A DNA stretch of 64,000 bases, from contig OZ024752.1 in the NCBI GenBank assembly GCA_964016885.1, positions 45,508,001-45,572,000 of the forward strand, written 5' to 3'. Under the pieces are notes generated by a model. That model searched no databases. It was not told the origin of the DNA and saw nothing but the letters and a program-made list of their open reading frames with translations. This stretch comes from Eledone cirrhosa. Taxonomy: Eukaryota. How positions within the stretch are numbered: the first letter of the stretch is position 1; every line of letters begins with the position of its first letter. Below, piece after piece: positions 1-13,100 of the stretch. Both the position numbers and the translations under genes were made by a program.

Positions 1-409
1 CGTAAGTACTCTAGGACAGGGACCTATATCGTCAAAATATCTGAGAAACCTTATATGAGATGCAACCTACATAAGGTGTGAGCTGAGAGTTTGATTCTTT
101 TAATCAAGCCAAGGCGACCCAGTCTTGTCTACAGTTAGCACTTGTAGACAAGTGCTAACTGCCGCCCACTAACCATCTCTTAAAATCTAACAAAAAATAT
201 ATGTAAATGTTAGAAAAAAAAAATACAGAGAAGAAGAAGAAGAAAAACAGCGAAAATTTATAAATAATTAAAATTTCTAAGATTTATGTATATAAATATT
301 TTTAAATATAATTCAAAGTAAAAATGTAGTGTCAATAGATTTATATAGAAAACTCACCCTATTCGCATATAATACAGAGTCAGTTGTCTTCTTACTTTCG
401 TATCACCTT

Positions 410-815
410 CTCTCTCTATCTATCTCTTACTCTCTCTAGCACTTGCTCTTCTCTCTATCTCTCTCTTACTCTCTCTAGCACTTGCTCTTCTCTATGTCTC
501 TGTCTTACTCTCTCTAGCACCTGCTCTTCTCTATGTCTCTGTCTAACTCTCTCTAGCACCTGCTCTTCTCTCTATCTCTCTCTTACTCTCTCTAGCACTT
601 GCTCTTCTCTGTCTCTGTCTAACTCTCTCTAGCACTTGCTCTTCTCTATGTCTCTGTCTTACTCTCTCTAGCACTTGCTCTTCTCTATGTCTCTGTCTAA
701 CTCTCTCTAGCACCTGCTCTTCTCTATGTCTCTGTCTTACTCTCTCTAGCACCTGCTCTTCTCTATGTCTCTGTCTAACTCTCTCTAGCACCTGCTCTTC
801 TCTATGTCTCTTTAT
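410..815. repeat. 39-bp CT-rich minisatellite (~10 copies)
   Basis: Unit tctctctagcacctgctcttctctatgtctctgtcttac. Confidence 0.9.
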
Positions 816-932
816 CTTTTACTCTATCTCTTACCCTCTCTGTCTCTCTCTCTCTGTTTTGTAGAGGGTAAAATGAAAATGATAAGGTTAAATTTAGAAA
901 TACTTACGAAAAAGCTACACAATATAGTGTGA

Positions 933-964
<32 letters not shown>

Positions 965-1649
965 GTAAGTATGGGTTATATATATATGTAAGTATGGGTT
1001 ATATCGAATAATGTTTCTACTTTTGGCACAAGGCCAGCAATTACCCAGTGCTTTATCTTATAAAGGCAATAATAATACTAATATTCGAATCGTTTGCAAG
1101 CAAACGGCCTTACTAAACTATGCTGTGCCCTGATGGCTACCACCATTCGTTTGTTCAACAGTAGCACCGAGGAACAATCAACATGTTTCTGGGTCATTAC
1201 CCTTTATCAGTACTGTATATCTCTATGCTACATCTTATCTGGTGATCTTGCGAGTGTACAGGTGAAACTCCAGAGGAACAAGGCTACGGCTTACTACTTA
1301 GCCTTATTTTCAAACGCGGAACCCTTTTAGATTCAGAAACTTCTGGGGGGATCCCTAAACTCTAATACTGTTATAAGGTCATAATATAAATATACTCCTC
1401 TATCTTTTTTCCATGGAATCCTGGACACTTCTTTTCGGAACCCACTTTGGGAACTACTGCTCTAGAAGGTCCCTAATATCTTAAAGTACAACTATGAACC
1501 TTTATTAACCGATGTTTCGTATTAGGTAGACAGCTTTCCTACAGATACGAGTAAGAGATAAAATGAGGTCCTTTGCATGTTAGTTATTTTCTTTTCTTTT
1601 GCGAATAAGATCCATCAAGTACCGTTCATTTTATTAGGTAGCCTGGGTA

Positions 1650-1920
1650 AAGTGCCAGAGAATGTGTGCCGTAGTCTGGTGGACCGTGAGCGCACCACAG
1701 ATGACCTGGTAACCAGTTCCTTCCATCCCTCTCACCTCTCCACCTTCCTCATGGTAGCACCCAGCCTCATCCCTGTCCATTCCGGGATCTTGTCCTTCCA
1801 TCTCTTTCTCTGTCTGTCTCTCTTCTTCCCTCCTTGTACAGCAGGACAGTCTTGGCAAGCCCTGAAGATCTTGTCACGGGCCCGTACCATCTCAACTTGT
1901 GTTGCCCTAATCAAAGCAAT
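1650..1920 (-). mobile_element. RTE-clade LINE 3' fragment
   Basis: VQGGKKRDRQRKRWKDKIPEWTG resembles the RTE ORF2 C-terminal G.R.RGR..RW.D.I motif. Confidence 0.65.
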
Positions 1921-2859
1921 ACCAACATCCTAATATTTTGTATAATATAGTATGACATGTTCAACAACTGAAGTAAGATCCTCTTCTTAATCCGATCCAC
2001 TTTACATATTTGGGACACATGCGCAGACACTTCACCCCGGCTTTCATATCACTTTTCTTCTTCTTCTTCTTCGCCCAGTTATTCCTGGAAGGGTCGTGGA
2101 GAAGGCAGAGTCCCCAACCACTCCTTCTAGTGGGTCCTGTCAGAAGCAACAGTCTCCAGCTAATCCGGCTCTATCTCCAATCGAGACCAATCAAGTTTAT
2201 ATATGTTATCAAACCATCTTGTTCGGGGCTTACCCAGTGCCGGATTTAAGACAAATGAGGCCCAGTGCTAGTTAAGTTATGAGACCCCTTACTTTGGCCC
2301 TGGAGGAGGTAAACAAAATTTTGGGGCAGGAAAATGGGGCTTCCTGGCCAACGGGGCCCTGTGCTTAAGCGGAATGGTAACTCCTGCAATGAGTCTACCA
2401 CGGGTCTCCTGTCAGAGCACCCTACATAATGAAATAAACGGTTCCTGATAGATCAGTTTGTATAAATTCCGAACGATTTATTAGTAAAAGAAAAAGAAAG
2501 AAATATGGCAACAATGTATGGACATCATTTTATTTATTTTCCAGATATCTGTAGTAGAACCGTCAAAGAGGGAAAGTAGATGTTTACACCTGGAACAAGG
2601 TAGTAGTAAACGTTACTTTAGAAACATAGTGGCTTTTCTCTTGTTTACATTTCTACGGAGACATCGCTAGTGCTCCATTTTCATTGATTGAATTATTGAA
2701 AATAAGATATCTTTTTAATTTTAGTAAAATGGTTTTAGATTATTTTAAAAAATATATATAAAATTAAATCTAAGCGATAGTTAGAAAGGAATTACGTTAA
2801 AAAAAATTAAGTAATATAAATAAACAAAAAACGGGCGTCAAATAAACGACAGCCCTTAC

Positions 2860-3170
2860 ATGTCGGAAATACAAGTACAATGCATTCTGGTCTTAGCATA
2901 GTTTGGCTATTATTTAAATACCGGAAGGTTAAGAATTATACCATTAATTCAATAATTGTTGAAAAAAAATAGTTATTTATTAATTATTTTTATAATAATG
3001 AAGAAAAAACCTTTTATTTATCAGAAAATTGTGATGTAAATTTTGAAAAGTAAAAGAAATGAGCTAAACGCTGTCTCACGTGATCTTACGATTACGTCCG
3101 GGTATTTACGCTACTAGCTCCCCCCCACCTTTATTGGTAAGCATTGTGGGTAACTTCAATATGGCGGCAC
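2860..3170 (+). promoter_or_regulatory. HCF promoter/5' UTR with ETS/GABP, CCAAT, ZNF143(Staf)-type and YY1 motifs
   Basis: CCGGAAG at 2921; ATTGG at 3133; GCATTGTGGGTAA (reverse complement TTACCCACAATGC) at 3141-3153; AATATGGCGGC overlapping the ATG. Confidence 0.55.
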
Positions 3171-3320
3171 CCATATTGAAGTGGAAGCGAGTTACCAATA
3201 CCGCGGGGCCGTGTCCCAGGCCACGACATGGACATCGAGCAGTGGCGATCAAAGACCTTATGGTCGTATTCGGTGGTGGCAACGAAGGAATTGTGGACGA
3301 ACTCCATGTTTACAATACAG
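3161..3320 (+). CDS. HCFC1: HCF exon 1 ([10 protein letters not shown]...VYNT), Kelch 1
   Basis: ATG at 3161, donor CAG|GTAAGT at 3320/3321. Confidence 0.95.
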
Positions 3321-4107
3321 GTAAGTTGTATTATAGCATATCAAAAAATATATGTGTATGTATGTATATGTGTGTATATATATATATATGTGTATATATA
3401 TATCGTGGTGGTAGTGTCACCCCCTCCCTCCCTCTATATATACCATGATGGTGGTGGTGGTGGTGGTAAGTTCCCTCCCTCCCATTATCAGTCTCGTTCC
3501 CCCCACCCACCCATTCTTTTTATAAAATGGCGACTTTTTGTTATTGATGGTGAATATTTTTGGCGCCACAGAAATCTTGAAATTTTTGTATTAATCCTAT
3601 AATTTTAATTCCATTTAGACCCTCTTTTAGGAAAATTAGTTTGGTGTTTAGTTAAATGAAATCGTCATGTTCGGAGGATTATTTTTTTTCAAAGCCATAT
3701 TCAATTGGCGTTTGTTTTGCTGTTGTAACCGACGCATTATATACACCGATGTTGCCGGTAGTTGAAAATATATATATGAATGTATATATTTCTGGATGTA
3801 TATATATGTGAGAGATAGAGATATAGAGGCAGCTTAGAAAGAAGTGTGTGTGTTTAGCTGACATCCTTCCCCAGGTTGCATCACAGGAGGATTCTCGGGT
3901 ACTTTAAGGACAGAGGTGGAGAAAACACGCCCGGGTACTATTATGAAATGAAGTTGGTCGGTCCTGGCCAGGAATCGAACCATCGACCGATATAACCGCG
4001 AGATCCCAAACATCCCTAATCACTAGGCCACACACCTCCTCTGTTACCGGTAGTTGCTATATGCTCCTTAATTCTGCTGGTGTCTGTCAGTTGTCACTAT
4101 TATTACC

Positions 4108-4177
<70 letters not shown>

Positions 4178-7100
4178 GCCATTTATTTAGTGCTGTATTT
4201 TTCAGACAATAGAACACAGCAACATAAACACCGTAGCAAATGTGGAGCACAAACAATAGCAAAACAAATGCAGCAGTGAATAATAACAAAAATGAAGAAA
4301 TCTAAGAGATTTCAATGTAATTCTATCAGAATTTAGCTTGTTAGATATTAATAAACATCACTATGACGATCGCCTCCGTTATCTAGTCTCATAGTTTCAT
4401 GCTTCAACGTGATCAGACTCAAGATGGCGGCGCCCAAGGATGATGTGCGTTGGTTTGTAAATAAACCTTCAAACGTCTATCTGATCCTCTCATCAGATCT
4501 CTCTTTCGTTATATTTCAATAGTTTAGCCCTGCACTAGTTCGTTATTGACCGTGGGGATGTACGATGGCTAAGTTGTAGTTGAAATAAACGTCGTTGTTG
4601 CTTGGTTCCATTACATTCTGCTGCTGTAAACATGGCGACTAGTGTCAGCATTATCAACCTAGCTTTCACTCTGTTACCCTCTCGCTCTCTCTCTCTCTCT
4701 TATCACCCCTCTCTCTCTTTCTATCTTTCTCACTCTCATCAACCACTCTCTCTCACTTTCTCTGTCACTCTCTTTCTATCTCTATCACTCTCTCTCTATC
4801 TATCTATCACAGTCTATTTAACTTCCTCATAGTGTGTAATAACTTCGCCGAAACTTGCCGTTGTAGTAGCTCCCTTTCCCAGTCTCACCATCTATTATAT
4901 CTCTCTTTCTTTCTCTCTCTCTCTCTCTCTCTCATCACCTATATCCGACTTTTCTTTTATTTTCATTTTTCAATACACATACACACACACACACACATAT
5001 ATTATATATCATCATCATCATCAACATCGTTTAACGTCTATTTTCCATGCTTGCATGGGTTAGACGGTTGTTGAGGCCAGGCCGGTCAGGTGACTAGGCT
5101 TCTGCGACTGGATGCCCTTCCTAACCCCAACCACTTTACAGAGTGTACTGGGAGCATGGCTTCTATGGCTGGATGCCCTTCCTAACACCAACCACTTTAC
5201 AGAGTGTACTGGGAGCATGGATTCTATGGCTGGATGCCCTTCCTAATGCCAACCACTTTACAGCTTGTACTAGGAGCATGGCTTCTATGGCTGGATGCCC
5301 TTCCTAATGCCAACCACTTTACAGAGTGTACTGGGAGCATGGATTCTATGGCTGGATGCCCTTCCTAATGCCAACCACTTTACAGCTTGTACTAGGAGCA
5401 TGGCTTCTATGGCTGGATGCCCTTCCTAACACCAACCACTTTACAGAGTGTACTGGGAGCATGGATTCTATGGCTGGATGCCCTTCCTAATGCCAACCAC
5501 TTTACAGCTTGTACTAGGAGCATGGCTTCTATGGCTGGATGCCCTTCCTAACACCAACCACTTTACAGAGTGTACTGGGAGCATGGATTCTATGGCTGGA
5601 TGCCCTTCCTAATGCCAACCACTTTACAGCTTGTACTAGGAGCATGGCTTCTATGGCTGGATGCCCTTCCTAACACCAACCACTTTACAGAGTGTACTGG
5701 GAGCATGGATTCTATGGCTGGATGCCCTTCCTAATGCCAACCACTTTACAGCTTGTACTAGGAGCATGGCTTCTATGGCTGGATGCCCTTCCTAATGCCA
5801 ACCACTTTACAGAGTGTACTGGGAGCATGGATTCTATGGCTGGATGCCCTTCCTAATGCCAACCACTTTACAGCTTGTACTAGGAGCATGGCTTCTATGG
5901 CTGGATGCCCTTCCTAACACCAACCACTTTACAGAGTGTACTGGGAGCATTTCATCACGACTATGACTCTACTACCTAACAGGGTGATCTGGATGCATTT
6001 GTAATATATAGTATTAAAAAGATCAGAGGCCATAAGCAATTGATTTGGGTTTATTTATATCTCTAAGATACATATTTTGCTGAGGTTTAACAATTTTGAT
6101 AGCTTGAGCTCTTCACACAGCATAAAACCTTTAAAAACTTTGAGAATATTACAGGGGCTAGCTGGCAAAGAAACAACAACACATTCTTTCGTCCCCTATA
6201 TCATGAAAAGAAAAAGATTTTTCAAGGAGGTTTTTAAAATTTGTTTTCAAGAAGTTTTTTTTATATTTTCAAGTGTTTAAAAGGTTTTTTAAGCTGTCTG
6301 AAGAGCTCAAGCTATCAGTTTTGGTAGTCCTCAGTGAATTATGTATCATCAAGATATAAATAAACCCTCCAATCTTTTTAATACTATATAATGCTGAGGC
6401 TTATACCATTTACACAGGTCGTTGAGTACTTCATTTTATCTGCATCACAGCTGACTGACCAAAATATGGTCTGCACATCCCTCGTTTGTTAGCCCCTAAT
6501 AATAATAATATAATTAATTGTTTCTACTTTTGGCACAAGGCCAGCAATTATCCCAGTACATTACTGGTACTTTATTTTATTGACCCCGTAAGGATGAAAG
6601 GCAAAGTTAACCTCGGCGGGATTTGAACTCAGGCCGTAAAGGGCCGTGACTCTGTGCTGCAAAGTATGGTGTTCAACTCTCTACCGATACTGCCAATCCA
6701 CCGCCCTGTATATAAATAATTAATATAAATATAAATAATTAATAATAAGCATGGACGAGGTGTTAAATTTTCATTAAGTTTATTCAGGTGTGACATGAGT
6801 TTCATGATTAGCTCAGGGTTTGATCTCTATCAATCAGACCTGACTCTGGAATCAAAAGCTCATCAAACTTCTGTTAGCTTAATGACGGAATATGTTGTGT
6901 ACAAAAAATATATCTGTTCCGTTCATTTGGGGTGGTCAGTTGTTCTTTGTTTTGATTGGTTGTTTGCGGGGAAGAAGAAAAAATGTGAAGAGAGGGGAAA
7001 GGAAGTTGTAGAAAAGAAGGGATTGAGAAATGGGTGAATGTTGGTGGGGTAGATCTAGTTGTAAAGGTGGGGTGGAGTGGAAACTATATATATAATAATT

Positions 7101-10100
7101 GTTTCTACTTTTGGCACAAGGCCAGCAATTATTCCAGTGTATTACTGGTACTTTATTTTATCGACCCCGTAATATATATATAATAATTGTTTCTACTTTA
7201 GGCACAAGGCCAGTAATAACCCAGTGCATTACTGGTACTTTATTTTATCGACCCCGTAAGGATGAAAGGCAAAGTCAACCTCGACGGGATTTGAACTCAG
7301 ATCGTAAAGGGACGTAACTATGCTGGAAAGCATGGCGTCCGACCCTCTACCGATACTGCCAATCCACCGCCCTATATATAATAATGATAACAGTATTGTT
7401 ATTTTTAGGTTGAAACTTTACCAGGGGTTCCAAGCTCGATGCAATGGGGTCCATACAGGGCTGATATATAATATTTATATGAAAACATATTGATTCTTTG
7501 GTGCTTTTTATAAATATTATATATATAATTTACTCAGCTGTAGAAATGAGATGATAGGGACTAGGGTCCCTATCATTCCACTGCAAAGTGGTCGTGGAAG
7601 TGCCTAGGCAAAAAAGCACCCAGCACTCACTGTAAATGAGGTTGGTGTTAGGAAGGGCATCCAGCTGTAGAAATCAAGCCAGAATCAGTTCCTGTCCCAC
7701 CCTTGCAAGCAGGGAAAAAGCGTACGTAAAATGAAATGATGATGATGATGATGATAACTATATAGTAAAGATAAAGTAATATATAATTCAGTTTGTATGT
7801 GGAGAATTATATATGTTGCTAGTATATGATGTTTTATGGGTGTCTTTCTGCTGGAAAATGTTTATAATAGAGACCCCATTACTAGAACAGAAGTCTAATA
7901 ATGCCTCTTCAGTCAGGGTTACTGTTCCTTCCAATCACTCCTTTCCATGTCAGGTGGTCAGTGTCAATATATGTATTGAAGTCTCCATCAGGATATATGG
8001 TTCAGTCTTAACTGCATCTAATGCTGCAGTGACTTCATTAAAGAAGGATCTGTATTGTATATATATTTTATAAATTATAAACATATATATATATATATAT
8101 ATATATAATACCAGGTGACACTAGAAAAGACTAGATCCACAGGCTCTGGTGGTTAGCTCTCCGCTTTGCCTTTACTATATTGCTGTAAGTTCTAATAATG
8201 ATGCTCCCAGGGTTCACTGAAAAGGGAAGGAATATACTCTCACAACTGGCTTCAGAAAAACACTGCTTAAATACCAGCCTCGACTGCTTTAGTCGCTGTC
8301 CGCACAAAGCAAAATTCATTCTGAAAAAATGGTATAGACCAGATTAACTGAATTTATTTTCTTCAACTTCCTAACTTTGCACAATACAAGTTGCCTCCCT
8401 TTACATTATCTAACGGATTTGTCATCCTGGATGTTTTGTGTAAAACTTACGTAATGTTGGATGGTATTCTATTGGTCTGCCTTGTTTTTGCCAGTTCCAT
8501 TTTCCTCTCTGTTTATCAAAGGTATATTAGGATGGTATTTGTCCATATGGTAAAACTCTGTCAGTTTTACAAGGTAATTTTTTTCATACATTAATTTTCT
8601 TTTTATTTTTTTTATTTTCTACAGCAACAAATCAATGGTTTGTGCCAGCTGTTCGTGGAGACATCCCCCCTGGCTGTGCAGCTTATGGTTTTGTCTGTGA
8701 TGCCACTCGCATACTGGTATTTGGTGGTATGGTTGAGTATGGCAAATATTCTAATGAACTGTATGAATTACAAGCAAGTCGGTGGGAATGGAAGCGTTTA
8801 AAACCCAAACCTCCAAAAAATGGCCAACCACCCTGTCCCAGACTTGGTAGGTATTTCCTTTGTTCTTTCTATCTATCTATAGCAGACATTTGTTAACAAG
8901 GCAGCAATCATGTCAGATTAAAATGCCTTGGTTTTTGTTCTGAGCCCAAATCCTGCCGTGATCAACTTTGTCTTTCATCCTTTCAGTGGGTGGGAAATTA
9001 GCGGAATTGTTAAAGTTTCAGGCAAGGCGGGATGGGATGCTTTGCAGTATCTGCTGCAGTTCTCTGCATTCGTTCCGGGTTCAACTTCCTCCTCCTTTGG
9101 CGAAGAGCTGCAATCAGCAGATATCAGTAATGGATAGACCAATGTAAATATTGTTTCTTTGGTCCAATCTGTCCAGTTGACTTTCTAACTAGGCAGATGA
9201 AATAGAACCTGGTCATTAACCCGTTAGCATTTGCATTACTCTATATTTATTGTTATATTTTCATGATAAAGGCTTTACCTCACTTAATTATCGCACATAA
9301 TATCGAATCTATGAGATTTTGATGTTATTTATTTTGAGACAATACCTAAACATCAGTATGAGTGGCTAGTTACAGCTGGTTTGACCAGAAAGAGATGAGA
9401 GGATATGGCCGGTTTTAATGCTAAAGGGTTAAGTAAGGAAGTTGTTTAAGTGAGGATTGGTTATAGGAAAAATGGATGGTATTCTGTATCTTTATTTTCT
9501 GCCTTTGTTTGATTGTCATTTTTGTCTTGCAGGACACAGCTTCACACTGTTGGGTAGTAAAGCATACTTGTTTGGAGGATTAGCTAATGACAGTGAAGAC
9601 CCCAAAAATAATATTCCTAGGTTTGTATTACATACATTTCTTGCATTGTATAGTGTTGTTGTTGTTACTGTTGTAGTGCCATTAGTTCCAACAAGTGTAC
9701 CAGTTATTTGAACTTAACATTGTACAGTGTTGTTGTTACTGTTGTAGTGCCATTAGTTCCAACAGCAAGTGTACCAGTTATTTGAACTTAACATTGTACA
9801 GTGTTGTTGTTGTTACTGTTGTAGTGCCATTAGTTCCAACAGCAAGTGTACCAGTTATTTGAACTTAACATTGTACAGTGTTGTTGTTGTACATTGGTTT
9901 TGACAACCCTTTGTTTGGCATAGTTTTTATGACTTAATATTATTCCTAACACCAACCATTTTACAGAGTGTACTGGGTGCATTTTATTGTGGCACACCAG
10001 CACTGGGAAGGCTATCAGGTTGTCCACAGAAGAGCCTACTAAATATGTGTTAGAAGATCTTCACAAACACTAATTAATGTTTATTTATTTTCCAGATATC

Positions 10101-13100
10101 TAAACGATTTGTACTCATTAGAGTTGAAACAAAACTCCAACACAATTGCTTGGGACATTCCTCAAGCTGGAGGCCAGCCTCCACCACCCCGAGAATCACA
10201 TTCTTGTGCAGCTTATTCAGAGAAAGACGGCCGTCGACCCAGATTGATCATATATGGGGGTATGAGTGGTTGTCGTTTGGGAGATCTCTGGCAGCTTGAC
10301 TGTGGTAAGACTTCAAGATATATTTAGATATTTTCCAGTTTCAAAATGTTAATTTTAACTCTTAATATCCTGTACAACATTAACACCACATTAACAAGAC
10401 ATTCTTGAAAAGTACAAAACACTTCTATGACTCCATCACATTAAAAATTTAACCCTTTCCTTACCAATTCAGCCAAAACTGGCTCTGGTTCTATGAAAGA
10501 AACCCATCCATTTGGTATCATGGTTAAATAATATTGCAATTTTTGACAACCATATGAAGCCACATTAGCAAGACATTTCTGAAAAATATAAAATAGCACT
10601 GTGATTGCCTAACATTAAGAATTAAAGTCTTTACTTTAATATTTCAAACTTTTGCACCCATTTATCAACTAGCATTGAATCGACAAACTATATGAAACCA
10701 CATTAGCCAGGCATTCTTGGAAAGTGTAAACCAGCACTATAACACTATGACTGTATCGCATTAAAAATTAGTCTTTTCTTTAGTTTACTACAAATCTTCA
10801 CAACTATCTGCCTATTAATAAAGATACTAGAACCATTTAAATTAACAAAATCGTTTATAGATATTTTCTAAAAATAATTTGCTAAATGATTACAGGATGT
10901 TAAGAGTTAAATAACTGTCAATTGAAATGACTTTATATTAACAGAATGTTGAGAGTTTAACAATGTCTTACTTCCAGAAACAATGACATGGACCAAACCA
11001 GTTATTCAAGGAATATCGCCACTACCCCGCAGTTTGCACTCAGCAACTGTGATTGGAAACCGTATGTTTGTGTTTGGGGGTTGGGTCCCACTGGTTATGG
11101 ATGACATTAAGGTCGCTACTCATGAGAAAGAATGGAAGTGTACAAACACTCTGGCTTCGTTAAATCTAGGTGAGTTTTGCTTTTAACCCTTTCCTTTCAT
11201 TCATAGCATTTCTGAAATGTGTTTACGGGTTTCGACTTAAAAGTGAGAATAGCCCAAAATGATTTTATTATATTTTTGAGAGACAAAACATGTTGTTAGA
11301 ATGTCTCAGGAAAGTATCACTGGACAGATTTTATGGGCAAAACCAACTGGCAGGAAACACAGGGGTAGACCCCAAGTAAGATGGTTGGATAACATCCATG
11401 AGCTTGGCTCATCAGTCCAATAATTCCATTGAAAACGAGTTATTACAGTTGCGATAACAAAAGAGCAGACTTCTCGTTTTGTTTTATGTTCTTCCTGCGA
11501 GAAGATACGTTATGTATTTTTGGCTAATTAAATTAAATTAAGGTTTTGTTTAAGTGACATGAGCATACTGTGCAACCACTATTCTCACTTTAGACTGATA
11601 TATCCTCACTTAGAATTACAAATACTTTAGTTCTCTACTTCCTCGTCCACTTATTCCTGAGTAGGTCACCAAGACAGTCCTCAAACACTCCTTCCAGGCT
11701 TCAGATCATTTTGTAAATATATATATTTTTTTTGTTCTTTTCAAGATACAATGACATGGGAGCCACTTGCTATGGAGGTATTTGAAGATGCTTTACCACG
11801 AGCTCGAGCTGGCCATTGTGCTGTGGCTGTACATTCACGACTATACATCTGGAGTGGTCGAGATGGTTATCGAAAGGCTTGGAATAATCAGGTTGGTGCT
11901 ACTTTTGTCACTTTGTTCCTTTGTAGCAGTAGTAGTAGCAGTAGCAGCTTGATAGGTTTTCTGCAAGTATTATTAACTCTTAACAACCTGAAATTATTTA
12001 GCATGAAATATTTTTTTAAGAATGATTGTTATTTCAAATTTTTATTGTCTTTATTAGTGGACAGATTGTTGTAAAAGTCTGCAGTTTTGTTGTGGCCCCC
12101 ATTTTTTTAATTTCTTGAAATTTTTTTTATTCTTTAATATTGAAAATACGTTCATCTTTTGGTTTAAATTAAAATAATAAAAGATGGGCAAAACATAGAT
12201 TGGAGCTTTTTGATTATTTCAAAAGGCCACAAGTTCCCCATCTCTGGTTTAAATTATCATCATTTTAAGTCCATACTGGTCCTCAGTCATCGTGATCTGA
12301 AACTAGATGGGTCTGAGGATCAAGCCATACTCATATGGTTTCTAAAGCTGGATGCCCTTGGCAGTATCGGTAGAGAGTCGGACGCCATGCTTTGACGCAT
12401 AGAGTTACGGCCCTTGCCATTCTGAGTTCAAATCCCGCCGAGGTTAACTTTGCCTTTCATCCTTACGGGGTCGATAAAATAAAGTACCAGTAATGCTCTG
12501 CGTAATCGCTGGCCTTGTGCCAAAAGTAGAAACAATTATGTGAGATAAACCCTTTTATGTGAAAATACAACAGTACATATAGAGTAATGTGATTGTTAAA
12601 GGGTTAAACATTTGAGAAACTTCCCATCAGCTTAACTTACAAAGATGTGAGCTGAAACAATATATATAAGTATGAAAACACCCAAGAAACATACAAGAAG
12701 CAACCTTTTAGTGGCCACCACCAGTTAAACCCACATAAGTTTGAGTTGTAAATTTCAAATTTATTTTATTTTGTTTTTCTTTATTAACAGGTATGCTTCA
12801 AGGACCTCTGGTTCCTAGAAACGGAAAAGCCTCCTGCCCCATCTCGCGTGCAGCTGGTCCGTGCCAGTACAAATACATTAGAAGTTTGCTGGGGTGCTGT
12901 ACCGACTGCTGATGCCTATCTCCTCCAGTTACAGAAATATGACTTGCCCCCTGCCCAAACTATTACCCCAGCTGCAGTTCCTCTCAGTAACACTTTATCA
13001 AAGACCCCGACTGCTACCACGCAATCTCAGCCAACCATTATCCGTGCACCTACATCTGGTAAGTAGTAGTTCTTCATTTATTCATCATCAGCATTGTCAT

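Noticed and set aside
124-161. Overlapping short inverted repeats (14-bp hairpin)
   Set aside because: Too short and isolated to assign; probably a local template-switch event
3080-3160. N-terminal extension of HCF suggested by the ORF track
   Set aside because: Starts at GTG; the ATG at 3161 has good context and matches the homologous N-terminus
4437-4488. C/D box snoRNA-like segment (ATGATGT...CTGA) and a second MAAP-start mini-ORF in HCF intron 1
   Set aside because: Only ~50 nt with imperfect C box and wrong terminal stem geometry; no phase-1 donor to join exon 2; better explained by a YY1 motif
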